IMG/VR virus record: IMGVR_UViG_3300031994_000017
Coordinates: 122,023-150,408 of that record
Length of the DNA stretch: 28,386 bases
From: a virus
Taxonomy: Duplodnaviria; Heunggongvirae; Uroviricota; Caudoviricetes
Strand: one strand, 5' to 3'
Shown: in pieces, positions 23,799 to 28,386 of the stretch
Layout: each line of letters starts with the position of its first letter
Position numbering within the stretch: the stretch's first letter is position 1
Notes under the pieces: model-generated
Seen by the model: only the letters and a program-made list of their open reading frames with translations
What the model was told of the DNA's origin: nothing
Database searches by the model: none
Translations under genes and position numbers: made by a program

Positions 23799-24107
23799 AC
23801 TCAAAAGAATTTTGAGTGCCTTTGGCACTCAAAATTAGGGCCACTCACCTCAGTTCGCGGCCCGGCCATTGAGGGGATAGCGAGTTCGCATGGGCTATAA
23901 GGCTTTTGAAAATCTTGGCAATACTTTTATTATATTTTTACTCAAATAAAAATGTAATAAGGGGGGCCTACTTTCGGGAGAAAATTTTATTTTTTTTAAT
24001 AAAACACCTTGGTCTGGTTCCTTCCCCATCTAAAACTTTTCTACAATCTAAGATTACGATATTTATAAAACTTTTTTAGAATTTAAGATTACGAAAACTT
24101 TTTATAA

Positions 24108-24314
24108 TCACTCTTTTACCACCGTATAACCATTCTCTTTTAATAACTTAATTGCTTTTGCTACATCCTCACCAATAGCCGCGTCAGTTTTCTATATAGT
24201 TATATAATTATCAATTACACCAATCTCTAATTCATCCCCACTAGCAATGTTAAATCTAGTCCGTAAAGCCTAAGGAATAACTATTCTGCCCAAACTATCA
24301 ATTTTCTTAATCAT
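24108..24314 (-). CDS. abrB: AbrB/MazE/SpoVT-family transition-state regulator (code 15, 68 aa)
   Basis: MIKKIDSLGRIVIPQALRTRFNIASGDELEIGVIDNYITIQKTD... matches the AbrB motif (K.D.LGRIVIP..LR....I..GD.LEI); needs 2 TAG=Gln; GGAGG RBS; not in ORF track. Confidence 0.85.
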
Positions 24315-24646
24315 ACTGTATCCTCCTAATAAAACATAAAACTTCCATCTTTATACCAAACAACTCTAACATCTTCTAAATACTAGATAATCTCTTCCTA
24401 TCCTAACATCTTAAACATTTCTTCAATTCCTTCCATTTCCTCATTATTAGTTTCTAAAAAAGCTCCTACTAAATTTTCACTTTTATAATGCGAAAAATCC
24501 CATATCTCCTTTCCACTTTCCCCAATACTCAAACTAAGAATTAGTTTAACATGCCGCCATTCCTACTAAATATCATGCGAATAAAAAATTACATACCCTA
24601 ACGTAATCACAAAAATGACCGCAGCCGCCATAAATCCATATATCAT
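24311..24646 (-). CDS. membrane-anchored hypothetical protein (code 15, 111 aa)
   Basis: AAAGGAG RBS, promoter TTGACA-17-TATAAT (24677-24705); with 5 TAG=Gln the frame ends at a TGA overlapping the AbrB ATG (ATGA coupling). Confidence 0.75.
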
Positions 24647-24740
24647 AATTTTTTCTCCTTTTCTTTTGGTATTTTAATTATATCAAAAAAAATAAAAAAT
24701 GTCAATATTTTGCCGCCATAAAAATTGGTCCAAATAAAAT

Positions 24741-24769
24741 TTGACAATAGCAAAAAATTTTTGTATAAT
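24741..24769 (+). promoter_or_regulatory. sigma70-type promoter for the regulator/packaging operon
   Basis: TTGACA-17-TATAAT followed by ATGTATAGAAA and GGAGGTG RBS; divergent from 24677-24705. Confidence 0.8.
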
Positions 24770-24796
24770 ATGTATAGAAACTGGAGGTGAAGTCTT

Positions 24797-25903
24797 ATTA
24801 TAAAGTTAGACTATACATTAGAAACTCCAGAAGCCAGAAAAGAATTAGTCGAAAAAATACTTGCGGATTTGGAAGAAAATAACCTTACACCTTCTGACGC
24901 TTATTTAGAATCATTGGCTGATTACTTGATTATTGGCGTGGAGAAACAAGAAAAAAAAGAAAAAAAATCTATATTAACCGATAATCGCATGGTTACTATT
25001 AATAAACGTGAAACTTCTTTTGAGGGTCTTGTTTCCCGGTTAGAAAATGGCGAAAATGGTATTTATAATATGATAGCAGAAGATAAAAATATAATATTCC
25101 AACCAAAAGTAACAATAACTAAACAAGATATAGAAGATATACAACCTTTACAACAATTACGCGCAGCCATAGAATATTGGGAAAATAAAATGAAGACTAC
25201 TACTGGGCGCGAAGCTTATATTATTAAACGAACTTTAATTGATTTGCGGAAAGACCAATATGTAATTAAAAATGCGTATCGGCGTCCTATAGTCCCTAAT
25301 AAAATTATTCGTTCAAGATATAGTTGCCCAATAGAAGAAACGTTTAATGGTTTTGATGCGGAAAATTACCCAAAATTTTCTGGTGTCACCCTAACCGATC
25401 CCGCAGTCTGTTCCGCCATTCTTTGTAATTATTCTAAACTCAAAGAGGACTCTTGGGGCAATTTTGAAGGAGATGTTTGGTGCTTTCTTTATGATTTTGA
25501 AGATTGCTGCGATACGGCTTTGCGGCCATACCCCATTTACGAACGCATAGTTGAATGTAAAATAGATGGAAAGCAAAATGCGGAAATTCAAGCTATTTTA
25601 AAAAAAGAATTTAATTGTAATCATAGTGTAGAATATATTTCTAGCTTATGGCGGAAAAAAATTCCAAGTTTAATTGCTTCTACTGCGGAAGATAAATGGT
25701 TAGAATGGTATTATACTACTCAAGAACAAGGTTATTTCAAAAAATGTAATAGATGCGGAAAAATTAAATTAGGTCATTTAAAATATTTTTCTCGTAATAG
25801 ATCTAGTAAAGATGGACTTTATTCTCTCTGTAAAGAATGTAGAAGTAAAAGTCGTTCTTTGGGCCGAAAAGTTCAAACTATTCCTACCGAATTAGATAAT
25901 TAA
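24797..25903 (+). CDS. putative transcription regulator (sigma/antiterminator-like HTH with C-terminal C4 zinc finger)
   Basis: Frame is open upstream of the track start to ATT 24797, 7 nt after GGAGGTG (no ATG); HTH-like KIDGKQNAEIQAIL..HSVEYISSLWRKKIP and CNRC...CKEC; no in-frame TAG. Confidence 0.7.
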   Translation: MIKLDYTLETPEARKELVEKILADLEENNLTPSDAYLESLADYLIIGVEKQEKKEKKSILTDNRMVTINKRETSFEGLVSRLENGENGIYNMIAEDKNIIFQPKVTITKQDIEDIQPLQQLRAAIEYWENKMKTTTGREAYIIKRTLIDLRKDQYVIKNAYRRPIVPNKIIRSRYSCPIEETFNGFDAENYPKFSGVTLTDPAVCSAILCNYSKLKEDSWGNFEGDVWCFLYDFEDCCDTALRPYPIYERIVECKIDGKQNAEIQAILKKEFNCNHSVEYISSLWRKKIPSLIASTAEDKWLEWYYTTQEQGYFKKCNRCGKIKLGHLKYFSRNRSSKDGLYSLCKECRSKSRSLGRKVQTIPTELDN

Positions 25904-25920
25904 AAGAGAGGAGGAATAAT

Positions 25921-27090
25921 ATGTCAGCTTATTATTGTGAGAAATGTCAACGCACTTTAGATGAAAAAGAATTTTATAATTCAAATAATTTAGAAAAATA
26001 TCCAACTGGCAAATTAAATCAATGTAAAAAATGTATTACAATGCATGTTGATAATTGGGACCCATCTACTTATACTTGGATACTCTAGGAATGTGACGTT
26101 CCCTATGTTCCCGATGAATGGAATAAAGTATTAGCAAAATATACTTCAAGCGGAACAAAAATTACAAGTATGACTATTCTCGGTCGTTATCTTTCTAAAA
26201 TGAAACTAAAGCAATTTAAAGATAAACGCTGGTAGGATACAGAAATTTTGTAGAAACTGGCGGAAAATAAAATGACCGAAGCAATGCGGAAACAGGGGTT
26301 TTCCGAAGGTGAAATTGAAGAAGCAATTCAAAAAGGAAAAATTCCTACTCCCGAAAGGCCAGAAGATGAACAAAAGGATATTCCAATCGCAGAAGAGCCT
26401 GTTCCGCTGCCTGACCCATTAGATGACATTGACCTTACCGATGAAGAGCGCACTATGTTGCGGTTAAAATGGGGTAAAATGTATCGTCCCGATGAATGGG
26501 TATGGTTAGAAAAAATGTATCAAGATATGATGGCTTCTTATGATATTTAGACTGCTGGTCATATTGATACATTAAAACTTTTATGTAAAACTTCTCTTAA
26601 AGCTAATTAGCTTATAGATATAGGCGATGTTGAAGGCTTTCAAAAGATGCAAAAAGCATATGACTCATTAATGAAGTCAGGTAAATTCACCGCGGCTCAA
26701 AACAAAGACGCAAAAGGTGAATTCGTAGACTCTGTTTCTGAAATTGTAGCATTATGCGAAAAAGAGGGCTTCATACCTCGTTATTATGTCAGTGAACCGC
26801 AAGACCAAGTAGATTATACTATTAAAGATATGCAACGATATACTAGAACTCTTATTACAGAAGAGATGCATCTTGGCGAGTTAATTGAAGAAGCAATTAA
26901 AAATAATGCCAAAGAAGATAATAAAGAAAATGAAGATGAAGATCTTGATTTAAACGATGATGATAGCGATATTGAGCAAATTGAGCGTGGTTTGCGTGAT
27001 GAAGATTATGAAAACTATGGAGACTTCATAGAAGAAGAACAAAACAAAGATAAAGAGTATCTTGATCTTGTCCTAGGAGGTCAAAAATAA
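25921..27090 (+). CDS. Zn-finger protein preceding TerL, candidate small terminase subunit (code 15, 389 aa)
   Basis: GAGGAGG RBS, ATG 25921; MSAYYCEKC...QCKKC; joins track ORFs 26272-26550 and 26647-27090 through 5 in-frame TAG; TAATG-coupled to TerL. Confidence 0.8.
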
Positions 27091-28386
27091 TGGCATTACA
27101 AGAATTACTAGGAACCATAGATGTTCAAAATAAAATTGGTATTTCTGAAGAACGGTTGCGGGCCGTTCTTCCTTCATTGCGGCAATACGTTGCTTTTTGG
27201 CGTGAATACCCTGATTTAATGGTAGATTTTTTTGTTAAGGGTACTCGCACCGAACATAAAGAGGGTGAATTTCGTTTTTATTTTTATCAACGAGTTTTTT
27301 TGCGTGTAGTTATGCGCTATTAGTATGTGTATGCGGTCTTTCCGCGCGCATATTCAAAGTCATTTTTAACAGTTATGTCAATGATGTGTCGTTGTATTTT
27401 ATATCCACGATGCAAATTGTTTGTAACAAGTGGAGGCAAAGAACAAGCCGCGAGTATTCTTTCTCAAAAGGTTCAAGAAATATGTACTCTTATTCCCGCA
27501 TTTTCAAGAGAAATAGATTGGCGGCGTGGAGTCACTCAAGAGCAAAAAGACCATTGTCGCTATGTTTTTAAAAATGGTAGTGAACTTGATAACTTGGCGG
27601 CCCGAGAAAGTTCTAGAGGACAGCGTCGTCATGGCGGCACCATTGAGGAATGTGTTGGTGTAGATGATAAAATTTTGCGCGAAGTTATTATTCCTACAAT
27701 GGCGGTTAATAGACGATGTATGGATGGTTCTATTCAAAGAAATGAACCTTTAAATAAAAGTTAGATTTTTATTACTACTGCGGGTTATAAAAATACTTTC
27801 CCTTATGACCGTTTAATTGGTTTCTTGGTTCGTATGATTATGCAGCCAGAACGTTGTATGGTTCTTGGCGGCACTTGGCGACTTCCTGTAAAAGTAGGCC
27901 TACAAGATAAAACATTTATTCAAGACCAAAAGGATGAAGGAACTTATAATGAGGCTTCTTTTGAACGCGAATATGAATCACGTTGGACAGGAGATGTTGA
28001 AAGTGCTTTCTTTAATTCGGATGCTTTTGAACGTAATAGAGTTTTAAATCAACCAGAATATGAACACTCAGGACGCACTAGTACTAAATAGTATTATGTT
28101 CTTTCTGTAGACGTGGGTCGTAAGGGAGACAATAGCGTAATTTGTGTTTTTAAAGTGACACCGCAATTACAAGGTGTGGCATTAAAACAATTAGTTAATA
28201 TATATAGTTTTACCGCCGAACATTTTGAAGACCAAGCTATTTTTATTAAAAAATTATATTATAAATATAAAGCTAGAAGAATTGTTATTGATGGTAATGG
28301 CCTCGGTATTGGCCTGTTGGACTACATGGTAAAACCTCAAGTTAATGTAGAAACTAATGAAACTTTCCCAGATTTTGGTGTTTATG
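27090..28386 (+). CDS. terL: terminase large subunit (code 15, 3' partial)
   Basis: One frame through TAGs at 27321, 27762, 28089: P-loop FPRAYSKS, Walker B GTIEE, motif III QIFITTAG, RNase H-like LSVDVGR and IVIDGNGLG. Confidence 0.92.

Noticed and set aside
5224-23979. TT(T/C)CGGGA as a separate strand-biased signal
   Set aside because: It appears near several modules but also inside coding sequence (e.g. 574, 638, 6633, 7414), so it cannot be called specific without statistics
25921-28386. Split ORFs read as pseudogenes, frameshifts, introns or inteins
   Set aside because: Every break is a single in-frame TAG, with no frame change or inserted sequence; Gln fits the motifs and gene couplings are restored
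1-28386. TGA recoding (code 4/25)
   Set aside because: TGA ends many genes at hairpins or ATGA overlaps, Trp is encoded by TGG, and no gene needs TGA readthrough
1-28386. Amber suppressor tRNA (CUA)
   Set aside because: Only tRNA-Lys(TTT) and the aberrant 18647-18721 element were found, and neither has CTA in the loop; a suppressor may lie outside the window

Overview
This window is from a large, AT-rich dsDNA bacteriophage, most likely infecting a gut Bacillota host (strong GGAGG/AAAGGAG Shine-Dalgarno sites, TG-extended sigma70/sigmaA promoters, an AbrB-family gene). It uses genetic code 15 (TAG=Gln) in some genes. The ORF track splits these genes at in-frame TAGs, but reading TAG as Gln restores the large terminase (27090 to window end), the Zn-finger gene before it (25921-27090), an AbrB-family gene (24108-24314), a coupled membrane-protein gene (24311-24646) and a tandem winged-helix, Rep-like gene (2807-3442; 9 TAG and no CAA/CAG codons) next to iteron-like repeats. 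Between about 4.5 and 23.4 kb is a ~19-kb leftward array of about 45 small genes, nearly all with their own promoter. None needs TAG readthrough and five use TAG as a stop, so the array looks like an early/host-takeover region. It includes a 49-aa ArfA-like peptide missed by the ORF track, a DEDDh exonuclease, two HAD phosphatases, tRNA-Lys(UUU), an aberrant tRNA-like gene and several promoter-driven units with no ORF. Four promoters have a 16-bp palindrome in place of the -35 box, GC-hairpin modules recur every ~2 kb, and TTAGTAAA repeat arrays bracket the region on both sides, possibly marking a long terminal repeat. Functional calls come from motifs read by eye; no database searches were run.
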